Assembly: GCA_002269645.1 (NCBI GenBank)
Contig: NIVC01001096.1
Location: 186,001 to 250,000 of the forward strand
Length of the DNA: 64,000 bases
Source of the DNA: Macrostomum lignano
Lineage: Eukaryota
Reading direction: 5' to 3'
The position numbers and the translations under genes are program-made. Below the pieces are notes generated by a model. It saw nothing but the letters and a program-made list of their open reading frames with translations, was not told the DNA's origin and did not search any database. This document shows, in pieces, positions 11,142-22,068 of this stretch. The number at the start of each line of letters is the position of its first letter. Within the stretch, counting starts at the first letter, position 1.

Positions 11142-13711
11142 TGTTATGCCAACCATTATCCTAGGCAGAAAAGTATTCGGCTGAATAACTTTAGATGCGT
11201 TATTTTATCTGGGCCCAGATTGAATACGGCACGACATAAGTCGTGCCAAGCGCACTCCTAGGCTGATTTCTCTCTGGGGTTTACGAGATTAAAAACCTGT
11301 GAATAATCAGTTTAAGCTGTGGTTGGATATCACCTACGTCTACATGAACACTGTCAAAGTTTTTATAGCCGCGCATTCTCGTCTGCAAGTCTGTTGACAA
11401 GATTTTAAAGTCCTCTGACTTTCAGTACACCGAAATCTATGCAGTATACGTACAATTGTACATGTTGTTACGCAATACGTTGCCTATAAATAACTGAAAG
11501 TTTAAATATCAACTACACTGGACTTCGTGCACTTGGCTTCCTTATTTTGAGATACTAATACATAAACATGTCTGTTGCGTATTCCGACATAAAACTTTAT
11601 TTGCTTAGTGGCGCATACGACGTCCCTGTGTCTTTAACAACAACTAAGGAGAAGAATAATTTCAAAAGAAAGGTTCGGCAAAAGGCGCGCAAGTTCAAGT
11701 ACGAGGGCCAGCAGCTGTTCTATCAGCTCTCAGCTCGGGATGATAGTCAGAAGAAGCGCCATCGGTCAAGGGAGCGTCGCCTGGAGGTTGAAGAACAAGA
11801 AGAACGGAGTCGATTAATTCAAGAGTATCACACCTCTGCGACTGGAGGAGCTCATCAGGGGATAAAGTCCACCCTATCGAAGCTGCAGGGACGATTTCAT
11901 TGGGACGGCATGACGAAATCTGTGCAAGATTACGTTCAGAAGTGCGCCGTCTGCCAGCGCAACAACAAGAGGGCCGTGGCGAACGAACCCCAGTTGACGC
12001 CAATTTTGATTCCTTCGATGGCCGAACGAGTATTCGGTTTTGTCTGCGTTGACTACGTCAGGTTCGAGCCATCTTCGAAAGGTGATTGTTTAATCGATTA
12101 ATAGCTTTTGTGGCCACGTGTATCAAATCTAAGTAGCATACTCTCATTCATTTTAATGTAAACTTAACAACACAATGCTCCACAGGGAATCAATACCTGC
12201 TGACGATTTGCTGCAAATTTACCAAATTTGCCCTGGCGTCAGCGCACAGCAGGAACGATGCACTTACAGCCGCAGAACAGCTGTACAAGGCCTTCTGCGT
12301 CTTCTCCTGGCCCGACATCTTGTTGACCGATCAGGGACGAGAGTTCAACAACAATCTGATAAGCTACCTGTCTGAGATGATTGACAAGAGACGAACCTCT
12401 GCTTATCACCCCCAGGTTAGTAAAGTTAATATTTTTTGCCTTCCATGCTCTCAGTAATAAGTCTTAATTCGAATAAGTTCATATTCGATATTAAAGAACT
12501 GACAATGCTCTTTCAGACCAACGGTCAGTGCGAGCGCCTCAACCAGAGCTTAGTCGCAGCTCTGCGCAAAATGTGCGACCAGGACTCTGACTCTGCGGCA
12601 TGGGACGATTATGTCGATGGCGCAGTTCTGGCGTACAACAGTCGCGTGCACTCGACAACTGGCGTCTCGCCTTACAAGGCCGTGTTCGGCAACGAACCAC
12701 GACTTCCCCATGACAGCATCGGACCAGCAGACGCTGCCATGGTCGGTGACGTCACGATTCGTCATGTAGAGAGAAAGTCCGAAGCACGTGGGCGGACCAT
12801 TGAGTTGATGCGTCGACGCATCCGTCGGGCGCAGCAAGCTATGCAGCAGTACCATCAGCAGCGTCTGGCGTCTGCCAGCAGCCTCAGCTTCAAAGTCAAG
12901 GTGCGGCAGACAAGGTGCTGCTGCGGAACTTCGTCCGTGACGATCGGAAAGGCGGCAAATTGAAGACACCATGGTGCGCCAAGGTTTACACGGTCGAACG
13001 TGTCCTAAGCAACAACCTGTACCGACTCGAGGGGAGATCTACATCGATCAATGGCCGCCACCTGAAAAAATACCACGAATAGGTGATTTACAGAATTTGA
13101 ATTTCTAATATTTGAAAGTAGCTTTAGGCTCCTAATTAAAATAATCGTTGCACAAGATCAAAATGCTTGATATGAACGAAAGACTTGACTCAGTAGAAAC
13201 TTTGAGCTTTAAAGCAATGTACACTTAATGGAAGATCTAGAAAGTAGGACTTAAACGATAAGGAAGTTTGATAATTCAACATATGCTCGTAATTTCTTTG
13301 CGCATATTTGAAAATGTGCAGGATTTATTTTAAGGACTGTCTAAATTAGCAATTTACGGATAAATTATTTTTCATAATTCATAACCTTTCATATTTTTCA
13401 TATTTCATAGCCTTACAATACGAGCGTATTATAAAGTTTTATAATTTACATAATTTATTTAGTTTTGGATTGCTCTTGTCTTTTTTGTAGCAATATGCAC
13501 TTTACAGTAATAATTTATTGTCTACTTGCAAAGTTGTCGGAATATTTTAAGACGAATAAAATAAGGCATACGATAGTTTCTGCTCAGTGAGTGAGAGAAT
13601 TCAAGATGGTCGAATGAGTTTGGATAAATGAAAAGTATTTGGCCAAATACGTCTGTCGTCTTATTTCATTCAGCCGAATAAAACAACGCAGAAATTTTTT
13701 AAGACGTGACA
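11142..13711 (+). mobile_element. Ginger1-type DNA transposon (Gypsy-integrase-like transposase), 2570 bp, CCGG target-site duplication
   Basis: CCGG at 11138-11141 and 13712-13715; termini TGTTATG...CGTGACA; imperfect TIRs share TATTCGGCTGAAT about 30 bp in from each end; contains a spliced integrase gene and no gag, RT or LTRs. Confidence 0.88.
11568..13082 (+). CDS. Ginger transposase: exons 11568-12081, 12186-12415, 12517-13082; HHCC zinc finger + DDE core + GPY/F-like tail; one frameshift near 12895-12905
   Basis: YH...AHQG...CAVC zinc finger; catalytic D (CVDY), D (LTDQGREF), E (SAYHPQ|TNGQCERLNQ) joined across GT-AG introns with matching phases (1, then 0). A -1 shift restores DKVLLRNF...GGKLKTPW...YTVERV...INGRHLKKYHE-stop. 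Confidence 0.85.
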
Positions 13712-14229
13712 CCGGGGCCCTGCCTCCCATTGTCGCTTAGTGTACATGCAATCTCAGCCCCACCCCAATCTTTTGTGTGTCATTTAGAAATTAAATATAA
13801 AAGGCTCGATGGCTTGAGTTAGTTTTTTTGAGTGCCCGTTGTTGGCAATGGTCAAAACCTGCCGAGAGTTTGGGCAAAAATCTTTGTCTTGAGAACACAA
13901 ATCTGGTAGCAGAGCGTGGTTCTGAGTTCTAATGTCGTTCGGACTTTCAATTTCAAGTTTTTCTTTTTACTCGAGTAAAATGAACGGCATAAAACTACTG
14001 TATGCGAAACTTCAAACCAATCCGAGACACTGAAACAGCATGTCATCGGAAAATAGGTTTGTATTGGTTCTTTTTCAACTGCAGACGATAGTATGGAAAT
14101 CCGTCCTAAAAGAATGACTTCAACGCGGAAATTCCGTGTACTGGCCACTCGCAGCAGATTAAAATCAAGCCATTAAAGACCATATGGAGGACACCGAATG
14201 AGAGCTGGGCTGTGGAAACTGTGTCAGAT

Positions 14230-14440
14230 CTTGAGGTAAGTCAAGCCAGCAGGCGTCCGTTAATCGTACTCAACAACTTCTGAGCAGAGCGACAGTGGAG
14301 ACCAGCGGCTCTGACGCTCCTCGTCTTCGAACGCCAGTCAGCCGCTTCATCAATGAAGCTGTGGAAGCTGGGAACTCCCGAGTCAAGCATGATGGCAGAC
14401 AAGAGAGTAGCCCGACCTACAGATTCGCCCCCAGCAACGC
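14230..14440 (-). mobile_element. Possible 3' ORF2 remnant of a non-LTR retrotransposon
   Basis: Minus translation LSAIMLDSGVPSFHSFIDEAA... resembles a LINE ORF2 C-terminal 'GVPSF' segment; short and weak. Confidence 0.3.
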
Positions 14441-14493
14441 TTCATGATCATACGTCCGCAGCTCAAAACATTTCGGCAAGCTACACAGCAGGA

Positions 14494-14813
14494 ATATTCA
14501 TAAATTTTTTTGTTCAGAAAATGAGGGTTCTATGTTAATAATGCATATTCTACGTACCATTGTACATGTCCTGTGCCTAAAAATCATTAAAATGGCACGG
14601 CTTGGCTGATTGGTTTTGAGAATCTATTTAGTCACTCTTAACCGACTGTGTACGGGTAACTATATGTGTGACAGAGATGATAAAATAAATGCATAAAACC
14701 AGAGATTCGAGCTGTGCCATGCATTTTAATGATTTTTAGGAACAGGAAATGTGCGTAGAATAAAAAAATTACCATAGAATCCTAATTTTCTGAACAAAGA
14801 GCTTTGTGAATAT
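14494..14813. mobile_element. MITE-like foldback element (about 320 bp) with about 100-bp imperfect inverted arms
   Basis: TTTGTTCAGAAAATGAGGGTTCTATG...CCTAAAAATCATTAAAAT pairs with ATTTTAATGATTTTTAGG...CATAGAATCCTAATTTTCTGAACAAA. Confidence 0.7.
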
Positions 14814-17593
14814 CAATAGAGCTATAAGAAAGGCACAACATATCAAAAGATGAACATAGTGCCTGCTTTATATCGAAAGCAGTAGCAATTTTTGTGCTGA
14901 AAAAATGAAAAAATTTTATCTCCGTAGTGTTTTTTTCGGCGAAAAATGGCCTTGAAAACTTTTCCCATGAAACGTGAGTGTCTCATCCTGCATATACGTT
15001 GCTTTAGTTGTCCTTGGAACTTCCAGGCCAGGGGACGCAGGATTAATCACGCATTTTGAAACTGCTCTACATGACGTATTAATGGGTATATTTGATTATT
15101 GCAGTTCAAATTGAGTAAAGAAAATTCTCGAGGCTACGGCTATAGGCTAGATAAGACGGGCGCTAGTCAGTCAGATGATGTACATTTGTCTCAATTGTCT
15201 CAAATCTGCTCGCACTATGAATACCTACAACTGATGTGTTCCTTACTACCAAGACTTTCTTAGTAATCAAGGAACAGCTAGGCAACCCAGTACGTCAACA
15301 GAAGGTATTCAATTACCTTTGAGTCCTTAAATGAGAGCTCTCGTAATAATCCTCGTCCGTAGTATCGCGATCAGTAACTTTCCTGTCCTTCAGGAAGTTT
15401 AGGCGCCTGGTAACAGTTGATCTGGTCCGTTATCTCCTTTGTCCTCTTGACTTCTTGCCGGCCGGTATCTGTAGTTCGGACCAATCGGAAGCTTCCAAAT
15501 TAACAATGGGGATCCCTGCGCCAAACTGCGGTCTTAATTAAGCCTCCTTCTTCTAGCAGTGCCTCTATGCACTCTAGGAATAGCTCCGGAGACCACTGAT
15601 AGTCTTCTAAGATCTATCAGGGGCAGTCCTTCTGGAGACTGCAACCAGGAGAGTCTAAGCAGACTCAGGAGTCTCAACAGACTCACAATAAACTCAAGTC
15701 ACTCTTGACTTGAGCAAGACGTCTCTAACAACAACGGCGCAAATAAAGAAGGCTTACCGCAACGACTCGACCGAGTCTTAGTCCAGGAAGTCCGACTATG
15801 GCTTCCTCTTCGGAGCTCTTCTCCTGCCGGAGGAAATCTGTGGCTCCGGGTCCGTTCCGGACCACTTGTGTTTATAGGCAAATGGACCCCCATGAGGTCA
15901 CGTGGGTCCAACTCTTCAACTGTCAAAAAGGTCACGGTTTGGTTGCTGTCAAATATGGCAGGGTAGAAAGTTACTCCATTGGTTTTGTGTAAAAGCGCGT
16001 GATTGGTTATCGCATTCGAGTTATTTTTAGTTACATTTGATTGGGTCACGTGCGCACGGTTGAATGATGCATCTTTCCTGGGGTTTGCGTTTGACAAGTA
16101 CAGGTTACACGTGATTGGGTGATTTCTAAATTTAGCATGCTCAAGGTCTCTCTCTCTTCCTATTGGTTAGTCAGAATATACTTATAATTCAAAGCATAAC
16201 TTTATTCAGGCTCTTCAACTTACTACTGAATAAAATGTGTGAGTAGTACGTTAACACTTTTATGTTTTCTTTACCGGAGGTAGAACACTACACAACCACG
16301 AAAATGGACTGTGTGTGGTGTCGTGCATTATCGTGTAAAAGCTCGCTACCATTATCAGATGTCACTATCCAGGAAGAGTTCGAGAAAGGAGCCAGTCGAG
16401 GGCAACAGAAGAGGCCTTCGATCGTCTGCACGCTTGTATCACTGCCGTCAAAATTGTCTGCGCTCAAAATCGTGTCACTGCCGCGTTTGCGCGCTTCTGC
16501 CAGTGCTTAGTATGCACCCAGGCCCTCGCATTACAGGGCTTGGAGCAGGCTTCTGACTAGATTCCCTGAAAGTTGTGAATAGGAAAGCTACAATAATTTA
16601 GAGACAGCATTAAGATGCGATCATAATTGAAGACACCGCTGCAATGGGCAGGCAGCTCAGCCGCGGCTATTCCACGGCGCATCTGAGGGCTGCGTATGGC
16701 TGCTCAGTCCAAGGACTCAGGGTCGCCACACATCCTCAATAGGGAATATAATCGCGGGATCCCAGGATTAGGCCCTAAATCCTAGATCCATTAGGCCTAA
16801 ATCCCGGGATACAGATTGTCCGCGATCCCGTTTTGCAATAATTCAATCATTCATTCTGGAGTAGTAGTATCTGCAGCTGAGCTACTTGTAAGTTTAAAAT
16901 CATAACCCAGTTGTCGAGCTTTGATTTATTAATCTTTTAAGCATGCAGACTAGTGAGAAGGCTAAGGCTGGAGGGATTCAAAACTGAAGCTGTTGGCAGA
17001 TCGTAAGGAGATTTAATTTGTAATAATGCAGAACTACTTTAAGCAGTCCATACCTTCAAAATTCTTTGGTGGAACCTCAACCCAAGCTACCAGTTCCCAT
17101 CCAGGGCGGGTGCTCCTGGGAGGGTGATGTCTGATCCATTTCTTCCCTTGCATCAGTACCTCGGGCCATAGCTCTGTAAGCTATCACTCCCCAGAAGGGA
17201 ATACAAAATCCCGAGTTTTGCCAATCCTGGGATTTTCGGGATCGGGATATCCCGGAGGACTTCGCCAATCCCGAGATCCTGGGATTAAAAAAGTTTCTAA
17301 TCTTTTTTGGTGCAATTTTCAATCTGTTTCAATAACAAAGTAGAACAGAATAAAATATTTTGCTAACAAGAAACTGACAGTGAGCTCTGAATTAGAGTGT
17401 GATGTACGGTATGATATGCTGGCGCAATAGATGTGCTTTTTTACATGCCACTATCAGCTCAGGAGAATCACCTTTCAGTCGTGAGTCCGACGCTTTAACC
17501 ACTAGTCTGAGACTCGGACTCAATGCTAAATTAGCTATAATGGACTTAAACCAAAGATAATCTATTATGTTATCAATCGGCTAGGTACGCTAT

Positions 17594-17617
17594 TCTATAT
17601 ATCTAAATCTAAGCTGT

Positions 17618-17699
<82 letters not shown>

Positions 17700-18903
17700 G
17701 CGATAGATAATAGAAAAAAACGGCTCAACCGATTTTCACTAAACTTGCACCATTCGATCAGAAATTCTCCATGACGGTACATGGCTCGTGACTAAAAAAT
17801 TGCTCAATGCTAAAGGGATTCAATAGTCGAAAAACATGCATTTTTGCAAAGGTCAAGTAAAGTTTTCGACTTGAAATGCATTGTAAGAATGCTAGAAAAA
17901 AATGACAGACTGAAGTTTGATTCTGATAAAGATTACATCACAACAAACTTTTTACTTATTGTCGTTTTTTTACATGCATGGCTGAATGTTCACACTGACT
18001 TGAATTGCACAAGGGACGCAAGGCTTACAGCTGAGGGAATTTCTGGAATCTCAAGGCTTATTGGGGAATTGCTCAGATGTCCTGGCTTACTGTGGAATTG
18101 CTGGGATGTCGAAGCTTATGGGGAATTGCTGGAATGTCAAGGCTTACAACTGGGGGAATTGCTGGGATGTCAAGGCTTGCAGCTGGGGGAATTGCTGAGA
18201 TGTCAAAGCTTATGGGGAATTGCTGGGATGTCCAGGCTTACAGCTGGGGGAATCGCTGGGATGTCAAGGCTTACAACTGGGGGAATTGCTGAGATGTCCA
18301 GGCTTACTGGGGAATTGCTGGGATGTCAAAGCGTATGGGAATTGCTGGGATGTCAAGGCATATGGGGAATTGCTGAGATGTCAAGGCTTACAGCTGGGGA
18401 AATTGCTGAGATGTCCAGGCTTACTGGGGAATTGCTGGGATGTCAAGGCTTACAGCTGGGGAAATTGCTGAGATGTCAAGGCTTACAACTGGGGAAATTG
18501 CTGAGATGTCCAGGCTTATTGGGAAATTGCTGGCATGTCAAGGCTTATGGGGAATTGCTGGGATGTCAAGGCTTACAGCTGGGGGAATTGCTGAGATGTC
18601 AAGGCTTGCAGCTAAGGGAATTGCTGAGATGTCAAGGCTTGGTGGGGAAATTTTTTAGACTTCAAGGCTTAGCTGGGGGAATTGCTGAGATGTCCAGGCT
18701 TACAGCTGAGGGAATTGCTGAGATGGCTAGGCTTACTGGGGAATTGCTGGGTTGTCAAAGCTTATGGGAATTGCTGGGATGTCAAGGCTTACTGGGAAAT
18801 TGCTGAGATGTCAAGGCTTAGTGGAAGCATGGCTCTATTCTTTAATATTTTAGCAATATTTTCATTTACCTTTTTGCACTCCCCGAACGGGCTGGATTGC
18901 TAG
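17594..18903 (+). mobile_element. Non-autonomous Helitron carrying a (CTGT)n microsatellite and an internal minisatellite
   Basis: 5' TCTATATATCTAAATCTAAG, then (CTGT)n, then AAACGGCTCAACCGATTT (typical of non-autonomous Helitrons); 3' CCCGAACGGG hairpin then CTAG|T at 18900-18904; a 26-nt reverse-complement copy of the 5' end lies at 8968-8993. Confidence 0.75.
18010..18822. repeat. Mixed 27-33-bp minisatellite (GGGAATTGCTGGGATGTCAAGGCTTACAGCTGG) inside the Helitron
   Basis: Direct tandem periodicity; source of the repetitive ORFs 17844-18903. Confidence 0.9.
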
Positions 18904-19272
18904 TATACACTAAAAGATTGAGACATGGTGTTGCTAATTAATTAGTCATTCGCTAGCAGATCCAATAGCCCCGTTCGCCACTAGTCTGCCAAGAAAAACA
19001 GTCATTTAGAAAAGACAAAAAATAGGCCACCACACAACAAAAAAACTTGATGTATATAGTATTCATCATCAAAAACGAGTCTTGCAACTGTTCCAGTGTA
19101 TCTCGTACAACTCCACCCGCCAGTGTACGAGCGTACATTTCCCTCGCGAGGCAAACGGGGGGGAGGAAGAAGTGCTTGCTGGACTAGTGTACTTTTTATT
19201 CTCTCTCCAGATTGACTGTACGGGTCACGCTAAAATATTTCTTGGAAATACCCAGTGCCTCCCAAATGAATA

Positions 19273-19294
19273 GAAAAAGCCGAAAACGAAAACT
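19273..19294 (+). promoter_or_regulatory. ISRE/IRF-E-like motif (GAAAAAGCCGAAAACGAAAACT) about 100 bp upstream of the 19396 ORF
   Basis: GAAANNGAAA match; homologous to 5861-5880. Confidence 0.4.
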
Positions 19295-19395
19295 ATCGGC
19301 TCTTTAAGTCAGGACCTCAATTAATGTAAGACTGAAAAGTTTATTTAGAGCCTAAAAATCCTGGTTAAGCAGCTTACTACCGATACGAAAAGCTT

Positions 19396-21345
19396 ATGGC
19401 AGGTGCAGGTAATTCGTTCGATTCCGACGACGAAGGCGAGTGGCACACGGTCTGGAAGGGCAGTAAGAAGAAGCGCCAGGCCGAATCTGAGACGGTCGAA
19501 AATTGGGCTCGAGGTCAAGGAGTTCGCGACCGACAATTTGAGGACGGTCGGGATAGCAGTGTGAGTACCAAATCTTGGCGCCAAATACAGATCAGCTGCG
19601 ATGAGCAACATCAGATTCGTCCCGGGTCCAAATTTTTTCAGCGTGGTAATAGCGAGAGAGGCTCCAGCAGAGGCGGAAGTCGTGTCGGAGCTCGAGGCGG
19701 ATGGGCCAACCGCGACAACGACAATGGAAGCTCCAGAGATGACTACAGAAGCAGTGGCGGTCGTGGAGGTCGTGGCCGATGGGTCAACCGCGACGGAGAT
19801 AGTGGGAGTGCCAGAGACGACTCCAGGAGCGGTGGTGGTGGAAGAGGTCACGGGGGATGGGCCAACCGCGACGGAGATAGTGGCAACGCCAGAGATGACT
19901 TCAGAAGCGGTGGCGGTCCTGGAGGTCGTGGCCGATGGACCAACTTTGACTGTGACAATGGGAGCTTCAGAGACGACTTCAGAAGCGGTAGCAGTCGTGG
20001 CGGTCGTGGCTCGTGGCTCAACCGCGGCGGCGAAAATCGAAGAGCCAGAGCCAACTTCAGAAACGATTGCGGCAGCATTGAGTATAGAGGTAGACACGAT
20101 TCCAGAGGCCGCGGCAGAGGTCGAGGAGGCGACGGAAGGACGTCAGCACCACGGGAGAACATGAAAAATCAGAAAGCAAACTGGAATTTTAGTACTCTAC
20201 TGTGCGGCCCTGCCGACTCGCAGATTGTGTTTACTGAATACCAAGGCTTTTGCAATCAGAAGGCTAAAGAACTTCGCGATAAAGGTCACATTCATGTGCC
20301 CCTTTTTCGGACAACGACTGACGAAGAAGTGTGTCAGAATTTTCGAGAAAAGCTACGTTCGATCACAGCATCCATAACCGAATGCAAAGATTTGCTCAAT
20401 GAAAATTGCCAATTGAGAGCTTTTATCCGGGTCGGAGATCTGTACTTCAATCACAGAAGTTTCCGGTTTGACAGCCGTCCTGGACCTCAGCTTAGAGACT
20501 TCGGCGATCTGATGGAGTCAGACAAGTTCGAAGAAGCGTCACAACGATTGGACAGATTTTTCAATCCCGACGAAGAAGGATTCTACCGGCGGCGCCCAAT
20601 TACCTCAACATTCGTGACTGAGAAAACCGTGGCGAATCATGCCCTGCTGGAGGTGTTTCTCAGCATGCGAGACTTTGAGGAAGTCAGGGACGACAGCGAA
20701 AAAGTCGCGATTCTCACCGTTACATTGAACGGAGAGCAAAGAAAATTTGAGCTCACCTACAACGCGAACAATCTGGTATTGGACTCTGTGATGCTGATCA
20801 CTAGCAAATGGAATCTAAACATGGTCACAGCAAAGGGTACCAATTACCAGGGCTCATTTAACGAGGTCGCCGACTTCAGACTGCAGTTCGAAGCTTCATT
20901 TCCCAGCGACACGGAGGAGGTCAATGAGAGCTTGGCTGCCGAAGGATTCAACAAAGAAGACCTGCAGCAGTTGTTCGAAAGGATCGGCGAGGCACCGCCT
21001 GCCTCAGATTTGTTGTCGGATGGCTCCGAGAGGCACTATCGGCTGAAAAGTCTGCCGCAATTGGCAGAGAAGCTGGAATATCTTCGCGAGCAGTCTAATA
21101 AAACCTTTGTGCGGCATCACGACCGATGGCCACTTCATGTGCGGCTTCGGCAGTTCAAATTCTACAAGCTAGTAAATCCCGTGGCTGGCGTGTTACAGCC
21201 GCTGCCCGGGGTCGAGCTGCGGGTCAGCGCTGAGCTGGGCTGCTCCTTGGACACGGAGGTCCTTGGCGATCCGGAGTTCGCGAGCTACATGTGGGAGTGC
21301 TGCCAGCTGATGCAGGACCTGGTGGCCGCTTCGCTGGAGGATTGA
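19396..21345 (+). CDS. Intronless 649-aa protein (paralog B): RGG/RG-rich low-complexity N-terminus with about five 20-aa repeats, then the unassigned conserved domain
   Basis: Open ORF; repeats such as GGRGRWVNRDGDSGSARDDSRS; C-terminal about 400 aa nearly identical to 6018-7358. Confidence 0.88.
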   Translation: MAGAGNSFDSDDEGEWHTVWKGSKKKRQAESETVENWARGQGVRDRQFEDGRDSSVSTKSWRQIQISCDEQHQIRPGSKFFQRGNSERGSSRGGSRVGARGGWANRDNDNGSSRDDYRSSGGRGGRGRWVNRDGDSGSARDDSRSGGGGRGHGGWANRDGDSGNARDDFRSGGGPGGRGRWTNFDCDNGSFRDDFRSGSSRGGRGSWLNRGGENRRARANFRNDCGSIEYRGRHDSRGRGRGRGGDGRTSAPRENMKNQKANWNFSTLLCGPADSQIVFTEYQGFCNQKAKELRDKGHIHVPLFRTTTDEEVCQNFREKLRSITASITECKDLLNENCQLRAFIRVGDLYFNHRSFRFDSRPGPQLRDFGDLMESDKFEEASQRLDRFFNPDEEGFYRRRPITSTFVTEKTVANHALLEVFLSMRDFEEVRDDSEKVAILTVTLNGEQRKFELTYNANNLVLDSVMLITSKWNLNMVTAKGTNYQGSFNEVADFRLQFEASFPSDTEEVNESLAAEGFNKEDLQQLFERIGEAPPASDLLSDGSERHYRLKSLPQLAEKLEYLREQSNKTFVRHHDRWPLHVRLRQFKFYKLVNPVAGVLQPLPGVELRVSAELGCSLDTEVLGDPEFASYMWECCQLMQDLVAASLED

Positions 21346-22068
21346 CTCGTTTGTTGAGAGTCGGCCGGACTATTGAAGAAGTTCGATGTTGTTTTCAATG
21401 TGTTTTCGACGATTATCTATCTTTCTATAAAATCTATGTTCTACAAATTTATTGAAAGCCACAGCGTCACGTCGTTTTTATTTGAAGCAGTCTGCTCCTT
21501 GAACGCTATGCTCGTAAATGCATATGGAATATTGGTGTATATGAGAACGTCCATTATTGAAGCATAGCACAAATTTTAACTCTGCTTTACAACTTAGTTT
21601 TGTTACTTTGATTAATATTTTGGCTCTCATTTAATAAAATCGAGCAGTTTTCAGCCTGTTGTTTTTATTGTCTGTTCAAATTGTATATTGTTTGATTATT
21701 GTATCATTATTATTACGATAGTATGAGCATAAGAGTTCCTCTTATACTCCTTTGAACTGTGTTTCAGCCGTATTTCGTGTAGATAAGCCGGTTTAATATC
21801 CATGTAATTTAATTAAGTTTTCTTTCTGTCATTAATCGATGTTTATTAACAGTATAGACTATAGTGTCTACAAATACAGTTCATTTGAAAAAACTTTTTC
21901 GGAAATATACTTACAGCATTATAGTTCTGACTTTGTAGTTTATAGCTATGTTTCGATTGATAACTTGAGTTTTTTCAGTTTCAGATGTGCGCTCTTCTAC
22001 CGTAAAACAGCCAGCGATACATATAAAGTGCTGTTTACAGTTTTGCTGTAATTTTAGCTAAGCTAATA

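Noticed and set aside
13904-13922. TGGTAGCAGAGCGTGGTT as an initiator-Met primer-binding site
   Set aside because: No CA-ending LTR directly upstream and no gag ORF downstream; it may be a relic but cannot be supported.
15100-16100. Minus-strand gag-like remnant (similar in style to 4560-5100)
   Set aside because: Multiple stops and no recognisable zinc knuckle, protease or RT motif; too degraded to call.
16260-16560. Cys-rich short ORFs suggesting a CXC-type transposon fragment
   Set aside because: Only a partial Cys pattern across shifting frames; insufficient evidence.
19345-20164. Ser/Thr/Ala-rich antisense ORF (19345-20097) and alternate-frame ORF (19601-20164) resembling mucins
   Set aside because: By-products of the GC-rich 60-bp RGG repeats of the sense gene; no independent evidence.
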